DNA of 32,000 bases from Moraxella nasicaprae (GTDB lineage: Bacteria > Pseudomonadota > Gammaproteobacteria > Pseudomonadales > Moraxellaceae): positions 1,110,001-1,142,000 of the forward strand of contig NZ_CP089977.1 in NCBI RefSeq assembly GCF_025643275.1, given 5' to 3'. Positions 8,716 to 17,872 of the stretch are shown here, one piece after another. The number at the start of each line of letters is the position of its first letter. The first letter of the stretch is position 1. The notes beneath the pieces are model-generated. The model saw only the letters and a program-made list of their open reading frames with translations. It did no database searches and was not told the DNA's origin. The position numbers were made by a program, and so were the translations under genes.

Positions 8716-10046
8716 CGATTGGTGTTCCTGTGAGCTTATTTCAACACTTGTTAATCATTTTGGCATTGATTTTGACATCGAGTTTTTTTTCCATTTCAGA
8801 AATTGCTCTGGCTGGGGCTCGCAAAATCAAGCTCAAACTTTTGGCAGAATCTGGCGATGAACGAGCCGACAAAGTGCTGCAATTACAAGAAAACTCTGCT
8901 GATTTTTTTGCCACTTCGCAAATCGGTCTAAATGCCGTTGCCATCTTGGGTGGTTCGGTGGGCGAAAGTGCGTTGCGTCCTTATTTTGCCGAGTGGATTG
9001 GTGTGTTTTATTCAGGGCAGTATTTGGACAGCATCGCATTTTTTGCGTCTTTTATCGTGGTGACTTTGCTGTTTATTTTGTATGCAGATTTGATTCCCAA
9101 ACGCATTGCGATGATTAACCCTGAAAAAGTGGCCTTGGCGGTCATCAATCCGATACTGTGGACAATCATGTTGGTTAAGCCACTGGCTTGGGTCATCAAT
9201 GCCATCGCCAATCTCACTTTTCGCATCTTTAAAATCAACACCACCCGAGATGATAACATTACTTTTGATGATATTTCTGCCATTGTGGACGCAGGGGCGG
9301 AAGCTGGCGTGGTGTTACAACAAGAACAACATTTCATCGAAAATGTCTTTGAACTAGAAGAGCGTACCGTACCATCATCGATGACGGTGCGTGATGATGT
9401 GGTGTATTTTACGCTGGGCGAGTCAGAGGAGTCGATTCGCCAAAAGATTGCTGACTATCCGTATTCGAAGTTTTTGGTGTGTAACGAAACCATTGACCAA
9501 GTCATTGGCTATGTCGATACCAAAGATATTTTGGTGCGAATCATGAATCAGCAGTCGTTTTTTCAGCTTAATGAGTCCACCATTCGTAATGTGCTGATTA
9601 TTCCTGACACGCTGACTTTGTCAGAGCTTTTGGATAAGTTTCGTGCCAGTAACGAAAAACTGGCGGTGGTCATCAATGAATACGCCTTAGTGGTGGGTGT
9701 GATTACGCTATCAGACATCATGATGACTGTGATGGGCGATTGGGCATCTGCTGAACCTGAGGACCAACAAATCATTCGCCGTGATGAAAATTCTTGGTTC
9801 ATTGACGGCTTAACCCCGATTGATGATGTTAAGCACGCACTGGATATTGATGAATTTGCCGACTGGGAGCATTATGAGACTTTGGCGGGTTTTATCATGT
9901 ATCGACTGCGTAAAATTCCTCGCTTGGCAGACTTTGTGGAGCATGAGGGTTATAAATTTGAGGTGGTGGACATCGACCATTATAAGATTGACCAATTATT
10001 AGTGACTCGCTTACCACCAAAAATTGAAGAAAAAACCGATGATTAA
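8697..10046 (+). CDS. CNNM/TlyC-family membrane protein (DUF21 membrane domain, CBS pair, CorC/HlyC C-terminal domain)
   Basis: The N-terminal hydrophobic DUF21-like region contains SISEIALAGARKIKL. The central CBS-pair region and C-terminal transporter-associated domain fit by length and pattern. The start is uncertain: TTG 8697 overlaps yciK, and GTG 8730 is an alternative. Confidence 0.75.
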   Translation: MSAQTITIGVPVSLFQHLLIILALILTSSFFSISEIALAGARKIKLKLLAESGDERADKVLQLQENSADFFATSQIGLNAVAILGGSVGESALRPYFAEWIGVFYSGQYLDSIAFFASFIVVTLLFILYADLIPKRIAMINPEKVALAVINPILWTIMLVKPLAWVINAIANLTFRIFKINTTRDDNITFDDISAIVDAGAEAGVVLQQEQHFIENVFELEERTVPSSMTVRDDVVYFTLGESEESIRQKIADYPYSKFLVCNETIDQVIGYVDTKDILVRIMNQQSFFQLNESTIRNVLIIPDTLTLSELLDKFRASNEKLAVVINEYALVVGVITLSDIMMTVMGDWASAEPEDQQIIRRDENSWFIDGLTPIDDVKHALDIDEFADWEHYETLAGFIMYRLRKIPRLADFVEHEGYKFEVVDIDHYKIDQLLVTRLPPKIEEKTDD

Positions 10047-10080
10047 GCGTGCCAGCTTTTTGTCAAATCAAGCATGCCCA

Positions 10081-10107
10081 AAAGCCCCCATCAATCAGGG
10101 GGCTTTT
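10081..10107. terminator. Bidirectional intrinsic terminator between convergent genes
   Basis: The stem is AAAGCCCCC (10081-10089) and GGGGGCTTT (10098-10106) with an 8-nt loop. T-runs follow on both strands. The stop codon of the COG0523 gene lies in the loop. Confidence 0.75.
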
Positions 10108-11102
10108 GTTTGGCATAATGCCATCAGTTCATCGTCCCATTGCTGCCAAATGACGTCGTTTTGATGTGTTGATAAAATCAATTCTAGTTTGCTGGCATCT
10201 TGGGGGCTGGCATCGCTGATGTTGATGCTTTCTGGGGTGATGTTCAAAGAAACCCAGCCGTCATCGGTGTGAATGACCGCCTTGATGCGTAAATAGTCTG
10301 GTAGATTGAGCAGCCATTTTTGTAGCGGATAGCTGATAAATTGCCAATCAGCAGGCAACAGCCACCCACCCACTTGATATTCGCCCAAAATATCGTGATA
10401 GCGATAGGGAGGCGTGACATCATCTGCTGTATCGATGGGATTGGAGACTGGATTGAGCGGTGCCAGGCTGACCTTATGCACAGTATGATGAGTCTGTCGT
10501 GGCATGCTGAGCATCTTGGTATAATCTTGATGGGAAAGTTGTTTTTGGTCAAAGAGCATCGCTTTTGGGTTGATGTTTGCTACCCATTGATATAATAGCG
10601 ATGTATCATCTGTCGTGCCGTGATAGACGATGATGTCAGCATGTTTGATGTGGGCAATGTAACCTTCGTGCGTGCGGTACTTTTCTTGTTGCCATTGGGC
10701 AAGATTTAGTACGCAAATGATGGCATTGATGCTAAGGCTATTTTGCCAATGCGACTGACTTAGCTGACTGCTTAGCTCATCAGGGTGTGATAATCCTGTT
10801 GGCTCAATGATGAGCTGGCTGGGTCTGTGGTCGGATAATAAACGCACCAAAGCAACCTGCAAGGGGAGCTGGCTGGTGCAACAGATACAACCACCGCTGA
10901 CTTCCTTGATGGCAAGGTTATTGCCATCAATCAGACTGCCATCAATGCCGATTTTGCCAAATTCATTGATGAGTAATGCCCAAGTGTCATCAGGATTTTT
11001 TTGGGCGATGAGTTGATTGATGAAAGTGGTTTTGCCTGCTCCCAAAAATCCAATCACCAAAGTGGTGGGCGTGGCAATGATGGGCGATGGTGTGTACTGC
11101 AT
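10095..11102 (-). CDS. COG0523 (CobW/YeiR/ZigA-like) G3E-family P-loop GTPase, putative metallochaperone
   Basis: The Walker A is GFLGAGKTT and the CxCC metal motif is GGCICCT. It has the two-domain length typical of the family. I place the start at ATG 11102 because the longer track ORF (11132) runs through the ompR terminator hairpin. Confidence 0.75.
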   Translation of the reverse strand: MQYTPSPIIATPTTLVIGFLGAGKTTFINQLIAQKNPDDTWALLINEFGKIGIDGSLIDGNNLAIKEVSGGCICCTSQLPLQVALVRLLSDHRPSQLIIEPTGLSHPDELSSQLSQSHWQNSLSINAIICVLNLAQWQQEKYRTHEGYIAHIKHADIIVYHGTTDDTSLLYQWVANINPKAMLFDQKQLSHQDYTKMLSMPRQTHHTVHKVSLAPLNPVSNPIDTADDVTPPYRYHDILGEYQVGGWLLPADWQFISYPLQKWLLNLPDYLRIKAVIHTDDGWVSLNITPESINISDASPQDASKLELILSTHQNDVIWQQWDDELMALCQTKAP

Positions 11103-11103
11103 A

Positions 11104-11130
11104 GATAAAAATGGGACAAAAATTTGCCCC
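11104..11130 (-). terminator. Intrinsic terminator after ompR
   Basis: The minus strand reads GGGGCA-AATTTT-TGTCCC, a 6-bp stem with one G-U pair. It is followed by ATTTTTATC and starts 27 nt after the ompR stop codon. Confidence 0.55.
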
Positions 11131-11156
11131 ATTATAAAGGTTTGGCATACACCAAA

Positions 11157-11888
11157 TCAAGCAGCCCCATCTGGAACAAACACATAGCCCACGCCCCAGA
11201 CAGTCTGAATGTAGCGAGCTTGTGAAGGATTATCCTCAATCAAGCGACGCAGGCGAGAGACTTGCACATCGATGGAACGCTCCATTGCCCCCCATTCACG
11301 ACCACGAGCCAGATTCATCAGCTTATCACGAGTCAAAGGCTCTCTTGGGTGTTGGACTAAGGCTTTTAGGACGCTAAATTCGCCTGTGGTCAAAGTGACT
11401 ACATCGCCATCTCGTTTGAGCGTGCGAGTCGATAAATCCAAAATCCAAGGTCCAAATTGCACCACTTCAATCTGCTGGCTTGGAGCACCAGGCAGTTCAC
11501 GATTGTGGCGACGCAACACCGCTTTGATGCGAGCCAGTAGTTCTTTTGGGTTGAAAGGTTTGGGCAGATAGTCATCAGCCCCAGCATCAAGACCCGCAAT
11601 GCGGTCACTGTCTGAACCTTTGGCGGTCAGCATGATGATGGGAATGCTACTGTTTTCAGCACGCAGTCGTTTGCAGATGGCGATACCATCTTCGTCAGGC
11701 AACATCAAATCCAGCACAATCAAAGAAAACATCTCTCGTGCGATGAGTTTATCCATTTGTTTACCGTCGTGTGCCACACGCACCACATAGCCATCGTCTT
11801 CTAAGAAGCGTTGTAGCAAGGCACGCAGGCGTGCGTCATCGTCCACAACCAAAATACGATGGGTCATTGCATCAATGGTATCGGTCAT
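11157..11888 (-). CDS. ompR: OmpR-family response regulator (receiver plus winged-helix DNA-binding domain)
   Basis: RILVVDDDARLRALLQRFLEDDGY resembles the E. coli OmpR N-terminus. The phospho-acceptor region is LIVLDLMLPDEDG and the C-terminal motif is YIQTVWGVGYVF. I place the start at ATG 11888, with an AGGA Shine-Dalgarno 7 nt upstream. Confidence 0.85.
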   Translation of the reverse strand: MTDTIDAMTHRILVVDDDARLRALLQRFLEDDGYVVRVAHDGKQMDKLIAREMFSLIVLDLMLPDEDGIAICKRLRAENSSIPIIMLTAKGSDSDRIAGLDAGADDYLPKPFNPKELLARIKAVLRRHNRELPGAPSQQIEVVQFGPWILDLSTRTLKRDGDVVTLTTGEFSVLKALVQHPREPLTRDKLMNLARGREWGAMERSIDVQVSRLRRLIEDNPSQARYIQTVWGVGYVFVPDGAA

Positions 11889-12022
11889 AAGTGTGTCCTT
11901 ATTTTTGGTCATTTATCGTCAGATTGATGATGCTAAGTGTACAACATTACACCATAAAATGTAACTGTTTTTGTGTTAATTTACTTAACCGAGTATTGAT
12001 TGGTCAAAGCCGTCATCGTTTT

Positions 12023-12052
12023 TTGGCGTTTTGTTGGCAAAGTTGTTATAAT
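12023..12052 (+). promoter_or_regulatory. Putative sigma-70 promoter of tex
   Basis: The -35 is TTGGCG (12023-12028), followed by an 18-nt spacer and the -10 TATAAT (12047-12052). It lies about 45 nt upstream of the tex ATG. Confidence 0.45.
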
Positions 12053-12095
12053 AAGTGCATTTTCCTGCCAATTTGGCGTAACATAAGATACCATC

Positions 12096-14426
12096 ATGAC
12101 CCAAAATGTAGAAACTTTGCCGTCCATTGACCAAGATGCCATCTATGCACAACTTGCCAGCGAGCATCACATCAGACCCGCCCAAGTGTCGGCATTTGCC
12201 CAGTTGTTCGATGAGGGGGCAAGTGTGCCGTTCATCGCTCGTTATCGCAAGGAAGTGACAGGCGGTCTGGACGATGAGACATTGCGTCAGCTTGAAAAAT
12301 CATTGGTGTCCGCACGAGAGCTGGCGACTCGCCGCCTAAAAATCATTGAGCTATTAAAGGCTCAAAACGCCTTGACCGATGAGCTACAAAATCGGGTCAA
12401 TCAAGCCATGAGTAAATTGGAGCTTGAAGAGATTTATCAGCCGTATCGCCCTCGTCGCCGTTCGGTTGCCGCCAAAGCGACTTTGGCTGGATTGGGCGTG
12501 CCTGCCAAACAGATTTTGTCAGGGGTAGCACCAAGCGTGGCGTTGGCGGATTTTGTTGCACCTCAGACTTTGACCGATGAGTCGGGCGAAACCTTTGAGG
12601 CAGATTTTGGCGACTTTGATAAGCAGTTGGCTGGCGTACAGGCGATTATCCTAGATGAATGGGCAACGGCACTGGACTTGCTTGATGTGGTGCGTACAGG
12701 CTTTAATAAGACTGCCAGCATTCGTTCAGAGCTGATTGGCGAAGAAAAGCGAGAAGTTGGCGAGAAGTTCAAAGATTATTTTGAGCATAGTGAGCCATTT
12801 GCCAAATTATCCAATCATCGTCTGCTTGCCATGCTCAGAGGTCGCCAGCAAAATGTACTGGTGCTGCATGTCGATGGCGAAGATGAGCCATTTATTGAGC
12901 AGATTGTGCGTCATTTTGGCGTGGATAGTCGTGCTGATAATGGGGCATTTTTGGCAGACTGTGCCAAAAAACTTTGGACAACCAAATGGCGTACACAGAT
13001 TGAACATCGTCTTTTGACCGAAAGACGCATCACGGCAGAGACGGACGCCATTGCTGTGTTTGCGGAAAATCTAAAACATTTATTGATGGTTGCACCAGCG
13101 GGGCGTAAGGTCATTTTGGGTGTCGACCCTGGCTACAAAAATGGCGTCAAAATGGCCATCATTGACAGCACAGGCGATGTACTGGCAACCCAAACCGTTT
13201 ATCCTTTTGCCAGCAGCCAAGAGAATGCCGAAAAAGCCAAGCTCATCATCGCCAAGATGATTCAGGATTATCAGGTTGAGCTGGTTGCCATCGGTAATGG
13301 TACTGCCAGCCGAGAAAGTGAAATTTTTATCAAGGACATCATCAAGCAGCATCAACTATCCGCCACAGCACTGGTTATCAGTGAGGCAGGAGCGTCGGTG
13401 TATTCTGCCAGCGAGCTTGCCTCTGCCGAGCTTGGCGAACTTGATGTGTCGCTGCGTGGTGCGGTTTCTATTGCCAGACGATTGCAAGACCCATTGTCTG
13501 AGCTGGTCAAGGTTGAGCCAAAAGCCATTGGCGTGGGTCAATATCAGCACGATGTGAATCAGGCAGAGCTTGAAGCAAGTCTTGATAAAGTGACCGAAGA
13601 TTGCGTCAATGCGGTGGGTGTCGATGTCAATACCGCCAGCCCTGCGATTTTGGCTCATATTTCTGGCTTGAACAAAAATGTCGCCCAACAAATCGTGGAA
13701 TATCGCCGTGCTAATGGTGCATTCAAAAACCGTGAAGAGCTGAAAAAAGTACCAAGACTTGGCGTGAAGACCTTTGAGCAATCGGCAGGTTTTTTGCGTA
13801 TCAAAGATGGTAATGAACCGCTTGATGCCACTGGTGTACACCCTGAAAGCTATGGCTTGGTTTATGAGATTTTGACCAAGCATGACAAGACCTTGGGCGA
13901 AGTTTTGGGCAATGAAACGCTTGCTAAGTCACTTAACGATAGCAACAATGATTTTAGCCAATTATCGGTCGTGTTGTCTGAGCTTGCCAAGCCAGCACAC
14001 GACCCACGAGGCGAGTTTAAGACAGCAACTTTCCGTGACGATGTCAATGACATCAAGGATTTGCAGATTGGCATGGTGCTAGAAGGTGTGGTGACGAATG
14101 TAACCGCCTTTGGCTGTTTTGTGGACATTGGGGTGCATCAAGATGGCTTGGTGCATATTTCAGAGTTGTCCGATGATTTTGTGGACAATCCTGCCAGCGT
14201 GGTCAAACCACAGGATATTGTCAAGGTGCGAGTGATTGTCGTTGATGAGGCTCGCCGCCGCATTGGGCTTAGTATGAAATCGGATAAACCAAAGGCAAAT
14301 CCAGAAAAAACCGACCGCAAAGCCAAGCCAAAAGCCAAACCAAGCCATAAGCCAAAAACAGAGCAACCAAAGGCGATGGGTAGTTTTGGTGCGTTATTGC
14401 ATACGGCATTAAATCAATCGTCCTAA
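12096..14426 (+). CDS. tex: transcription accessory protein Tex (S1 RNA-binding domain protein)
   Basis: The N-terminal Tex motif is VPFIARYRKE. A YqgF-like region reads LGVDPGYKNGVK. A helix-hairpin-helix region is present. The C-terminal S1 domain reads GMVLEGVVTNVTAFGCFVDIGVHQDGLVHISEL. A Lys/Pro-rich tail follows. Confidence 0.9.
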   Translation: MTQNVETLPSIDQDAIYAQLASEHHIRPAQVSAFAQLFDEGASVPFIARYRKEVTGGLDDETLRQLEKSLVSARELATRRLKIIELLKAQNALTDELQNRVNQAMSKLELEEIYQPYRPRRRSVAAKATLAGLGVPAKQILSGVAPSVALADFVAPQTLTDESGETFEADFGDFDKQLAGVQAIILDEWATALDLLDVVRTGFNKTASIRSELIGEEKREVGEKFKDYFEHSEPFAKLSNHRLLAMLRGRQQNVLVLHVDGEDEPFIEQIVRHFGVDSRADNGAFLADCAKKLWTTKWRTQIEHRLLTERRITAETDAIAVFAENLKHLLMVAPAGRKVILGVDPGYKNGVKMAIIDSTGDVLATQTVYPFASSQENAEKAKLIIAKMIQDYQVELVAIGNGTASRESEIFIKDIIKQHQLSATALVISEAGASVYSASELASAELGELDVSLRGAVSIARRLQDPLSELVKVEPKAIGVGQYQHDVNQAELEASLDKVTEDCVNAVGVDVNTASPAILAHISGLNKNVAQQIVEYRRANGAFKNREELKKVPRLGVKTFEQSAGFLRIKDGNEPLDATGVHPESYGLVYEILTKHDKTLGEVLGNETLAKSLNDSNNDFSQLSVVLSELAKPAHDPRGEFKTATFRDDVNDIKDLQIGMVLEGVVTNVTAFGCFVDIGVHQDGLVHISELSDDFVDNPASVVKPQDIVKVRVIVVDEARRRIGLSMKSDKPKANPEKTDRKAKPKAKPSHKPKTEQPKAMGSFGALLHTALNQSS

Positions 14427-14677
14427 AACAAGGCTGGCAAGTAGGAGGTTGTGCCTATTTGCCAGCCAATATCTTAGTGCATCATTTTTTATTTGTGTCT
14501 TGTTGATTGCTATTTGGTAAATTTTTGTAACTTTTACAAAAGAATTTTCCCTGTTTAGTTATTTTTTCTGTATTATGGTTTGAAGGTGGATTATATAGTC
14601 TGAAAGTCATGTTCTTAGCATGACCAAAAAGTATCGCCTATATTTGGTATTTAGCTTTTTTGACAAAAGGATTTTTT

Positions 14678-15478
14678 ATGAAACGCACTTTACTTGTTTT
14701 GGGTCTGACCACTGCTGCAATGAGCCTAACTGCCTGTGGCGGTGGCGGTCATCATTCCGTAGATAATGCGGCCACGCCTGTTGTGAATAATTCAGCCAAC
14801 AACACCAACACGAACAATACCAATGCCAACAATGGTGCTAGCAATACTGCCAGTAATACTACCAACACCGCCAAAACGGGCATTCAAGGTAATATCATCG
14901 CCATCAAAAATCATAAAGCAGGCAATAATACTGCCATCAGTGCCACCAAAAACATTGAGAGCATTGTGATTAACGGTCAGGCTATTGATTTTATCCCAGC
15001 AGGATTTTCGGTGGGTAGCATCGATTTGCGTGCCAACAACATGGTGCGTGTTGGTTCGGGTAATAACGGCAGAAACTTAATTCACTCTTATTACGGCTAT
15101 CTAAAAGAAGGTACTAATGGCACGCCTCATCTGTTCTCACAAGGTAATGTGACCACCACAATGCCTCAATCAGGCAAAGCAAATTACACAGGTAATGCAG
15201 TCAATGTCAGCACCAGTGCCGATGGCAAAAGCCACGCCATCAGCACTTCGACCGCCAATTTTAGTGTCGATTTTGGTGCCAAAACCTTAACAGGTCAAAT
15301 CAACAGTGCCAACAAAGTTGAACTGGCTGGCACGATTAAGAACAATGGTTTTTCTGGCACCAAAAATGGCATTACGACCAATGGTTATTTTTATGGCAAT
15401 AACGCTGCCGAGCTTGGCGGTACTTATAAAAATGCTAACGGCACCATCAGTGGTGCGTATGGAGCAAAAAAACAATAA
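14678..15478 (+). CDS. surface-lipoprotein candidate with a TbpB/fHbp-like C-terminal beta-barrel domain and an Asn-rich linker
   Basis: The lipobox LTAC is followed by GGGG. The Asn/Thr-rich low-complexity stretch is NNSANNTNTNNTNANNGASNTASNTTNT. The C-terminal pattern is GKANYTGNA ... ANFSVDFGAKTLTG ... NGYFYGNNAAELGGTY ... GAYGAKKQ. That pattern is typical of the TbpB-like lipoprotein beta-barrel domain. I place the start at ATG 14678, with AAAGGA upstream. Confidence 0.7.
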   Translation: MKRTLLVLGLTTAAMSLTACGGGGHHSVDNAATPVVNNSANNTNTNNTNANNGASNTASNTTNTAKTGIQGNIIAIKNHKAGNNTAISATKNIESIVINGQAIDFIPAGFSVGSIDLRANNMVRVGSGNNGRNLIHSYYGYLKEGTNGTPHLFSQGNVTTTMPQSGKANYTGNAVNVSTSADGKSHAISTSTANFSVDFGAKTLTGQINSANKVELAGTIKNNGFSGTKNGITTNGYFYGNNAAELGGTYKNANGTISGAYGAKKQ

Positions 15479-15492
15479 TGTTTTTCTTGATA

Positions 15493-15522
15493 AAAGCCTG
15501 TTGTCATCAACGGGCTTTTTAT
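15493..15522 (+). terminator. Intrinsic terminator after the lipoprotein gene
   Basis: The stem is GCCTGTT (15496-15502) and AACGGGC (15509-15515), with one G-U pair. It is followed by TTTTTATT. Confidence 0.6.
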
Positions 15523-15555
15523 TGCTTATCTTGATGGCAAAGATGGTCAATCAAG

Positions 15556-15587
15556 AAAAAATCCGCCCAAATTGAGCGGATTTTTTT
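15556..15587. terminator. Bidirectional intrinsic terminator in the lipoprotein-glmS convergent gap
   Basis: An A-run (15556-15560) precedes stem ATCCGC (15561-15566) and GCGGAT (15576-15581). A T7 run (15581-15587) follows. Confidence 0.7.
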
Positions 15588-15714
15588 GCAAAACTTTTAA
15601 TCAAAGAAAACCGTTTGTGGCAAGCTAAGTTAAACCATGTCAAACCATGACGGTTTTCCGCCGCCCAAAGGCAAACTTGGGGCGAACGAAAAACTGGTTT
15701 TGCGAGTAATTTAA

Positions 15715-17553
15715 TTATTCTACCGTAACCGATTTGGCAAGATTTCGTGGTTTGTCCACATCGGTGCCACGCACCAACGCCACATGGTAAGATAGTAGCT
15801 GAACACCAATGGTATGTACGATTGGCGATAAGATACCCACATGACGAGGTGTGCGAATCACATGAATACCATCAGCAGCATGAAAATCGCTGTCCAAGTC
15901 TGATAGTACGAACAATTCTCCACCACGAGCCGAGACTTCTTGCATATTGGCTTTGACCTTGTCTAGCAGACCGTCATTAGGCGAGATGACCACGATGGGC
16001 ATATTTTCATCGACCAACGCCAAAGGACCGTGTTTTAGTTCGCCAGCAGGATAAGCCTCTGCATGAATGTAGGTCAGTTCTTTGAGTTTTAAAGCACCTT
16101 CTAAGGCAATCGGATAATGAATGCCACGACCCAAGAACAGCGTGCTTGGTTTGCCAGCAAATTTTTGTGCCCAAGCAGACAGTTGTGGTTCTAGGTTGAG
16201 AGCGTGTTGGATATGACCAGGCAGTTGACGTAAATCATCTTTGTAGCTTTCTGCTTTGGCATCATCAACATGACCACGCACCAGACCCAAAGTCACCGCC
16301 AAGCCGAACAAGATGACCAGCTGGGTGGTGAATGCTTTGGTTGAGGCGACACCAATCTCTGCTCCTGCACGAGTGTAGATGGCAAGCGTGCTGTTGCGAG
16401 GTAGGGCAGATTCCATCACATTACAGATGGATAAGCTGTATTGATGACCTTGTGCGATGGCGTATTTTAGGGCTTCCATCGTGTCTAGGGTTTCGCCTGA
16501 TTGGCTGATGGTAATGATAAGCTCGTTAGGGTCTGCGATGACATCACGATAGCGATATTCGCTGGCAATCTCGACATCACAGCGGATTTTGGCGATGGAT
16601 TCTAACCAGTATTTGCCTGTCAAGGCAGCATAGTAGGAAGTGCCACAGGCTAGGATTTTGATGCTATTGATGGTGCTAAAAATATCACTTGCTTGGCTGC
16701 CAAAATTCTCTGGCACAAAACCACCGTCCAAGAAAATCTCTGCTGTGTCTGAGACGGCTCGTGGTTGTTCGTAGATTTCTTTTTGCATGAAGTGGCTATA
16801 AGGACCTAGTTCAAGTGATGCCAAAGACAGCTCAGAAGTTTTGACCAAACGATTGGCTTGATTGCCATCTTTGTCAAGCAGTTGTTCGATGCCGTTGGCA
16901 CTTAGCAAGGCAACATCGCCATCTTCTAGATAAGAAACTTTGCGAGTAAAAGCGATGACGGCTGAAACATCAGAGGCGATGAACACTTCTTCGTCACCAA
17001 ATGCAACCAACAAAGGACAGCCCATGCGAGCCACGACCATTTGGTTTGGCTTATCATTGGCAATCACGGCGATGGCGTATGCACCATGAAAACGAGAACA
17101 GGCAGTCTGTACCGCACGATACAAATCGCCATTGTTATTAACATATTCGTGATGGACGCTGTGAGCGATGACTTCGGTATCGGTTTGTGATTCAAATTCA
17201 TAACCCAAAGCTTCTAGACGACGGCGTTCTGCTTCGAAGTTTTCGATGATGCCGTTATGCACCACAGAGATGAGTCCTGCCGAGATGTGTGGGTGGGCGT
17301 TTGGCTCGGTAACACCACCGTGTGTCGCCCAGCGAGTATGACCAATGCCAGTCAGACCATAGATTTGCTTGTTTTTGGCAGCTTCTTCCATCAAGGCAAC
17401 ACGCCCGACACGACGCACACGACGAATGCCTTCATCTGTCTGCACAGCGATGCCTGATGAGTCATAGCCACGATATTCTAGGCGTTTTAGACCATCTGTC
17501 AAAAAATCAACCACATTGTGATGAGTACGAATTGCACCAACGATACCGCACAT
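15715..17553 (-). CDS. glmS: glutamine--fructose-6-phosphate aminotransferase (isomerizing)
   Basis: The N-terminus MCGIVGA carries the catalytic Cys after Met. The two SIS-domain pattern is present. The C-terminus ends [12 protein letters not shown] and the length is 612 aa. Confidence 0.95.
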   Translation of the reverse strand: MCGIVGAIRTHHNVVDFLTDGLKRLEYRGYDSSGIAVQTDEGIRRVRRVGRVALMEEAAKNKQIYGLTGIGHTRWATHGGVTEPNAHPHISAGLISVVHNGIIENFEAERRRLEALGYEFESQTDTEVIAHSVHHEYVNNNGDLYRAVQTACSRFHGAYAIAVIANDKPNQMVVARMGCPLLVAFGDEEVFIASDVSAVIAFTRKVSYLEDGDVALLSANGIEQLLDKDGNQANRLVKTSELSLASLELGPYSHFMQKEIYEQPRAVSDTAEIFLDGGFVPENFGSQASDIFSTINSIKILACGTSYYAALTGKYWLESIAKIRCDVEIASEYRYRDVIADPNELIITISQSGETLDTMEALKYAIAQGHQYSLSICNVMESALPRNSTLAIYTRAGAEIGVASTKAFTTQLVILFGLAVTLGLVRGHVDDAKAESYKDDLRQLPGHIQHALNLEPQLSAWAQKFAGKPSTLFLGRGIHYPIALEGALKLKELTYIHAEAYPAGELKHGPLALVDENMPIVVISPNDGLLDKVKANMQEVSARGGELFVLSDLDSDFHAADGIHVIRTPRHVGILSPIVHTIGVQLLSYHVALVRGTDVDKPRNLAKSVTVE

Positions 17554-17644
17554 AATTTAAGTTCCTTAGTATCCAAACCAATGTCAAAAAAACCAAAGCG
17601 GTAAACAATTCCAAATCGTTAAATTGCTTACCATAAAATTCTTA

Positions 17645-17666
17645 AAAAATGCATCATGGCATTTTT
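17645..17666. terminator. Terminator-like AT-flanked hairpin about 95 nt upstream of the glmS start
   Basis: The hairpin is AAAAATGC (17645-17652), loop ATCATG, then GCATTTTT (17659-17666). On the minus strand it is followed by TTTTTTAAG. Its role (insulator, leader attenuator or sRNA end) cannot be decided from sequence. Confidence 0.35.
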
Positions 17667-17841
17667 ATGAATCAGTATAGCATAAGACAATCGGGCAAAT
17701 TGTTAATTTTTTATACTCATTGGTTGATGAATGAATGGATTTTTTTGCTCGTTGATTATCCTGCCTAAGGGTTGTTAAATTTTCAACATCGTCTAAGTTT
17801 GCCATACATGGGTGTTGTGGTTGAAGTTTGACAAAAAGCTG

Positions 17842-17872
17842 AATAAAAAACCGTGCTAGGGGTGGCACGGTT
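17842..17872 (-). terminator. Intrinsic terminator after the NrtD-like ATPase gene
   Basis: The stem is AACCGTGC (17849-17856) and GCACGGTT (17865-17872) with an 8-nt loop. The minus strand then reads TTTTTTATT. It begins 16 nt after the stop codon. Confidence 0.7.

Noticed and set aside
8776-8783. A T8 homopolymer inside the CNNM-family gene, and other A7/T8 runs, considered as phase-variation tracts.
   Set aside because: The tracts are short for slipped-strand switching and most belong to terminator flanks. No evidence of frame disruption is visible.
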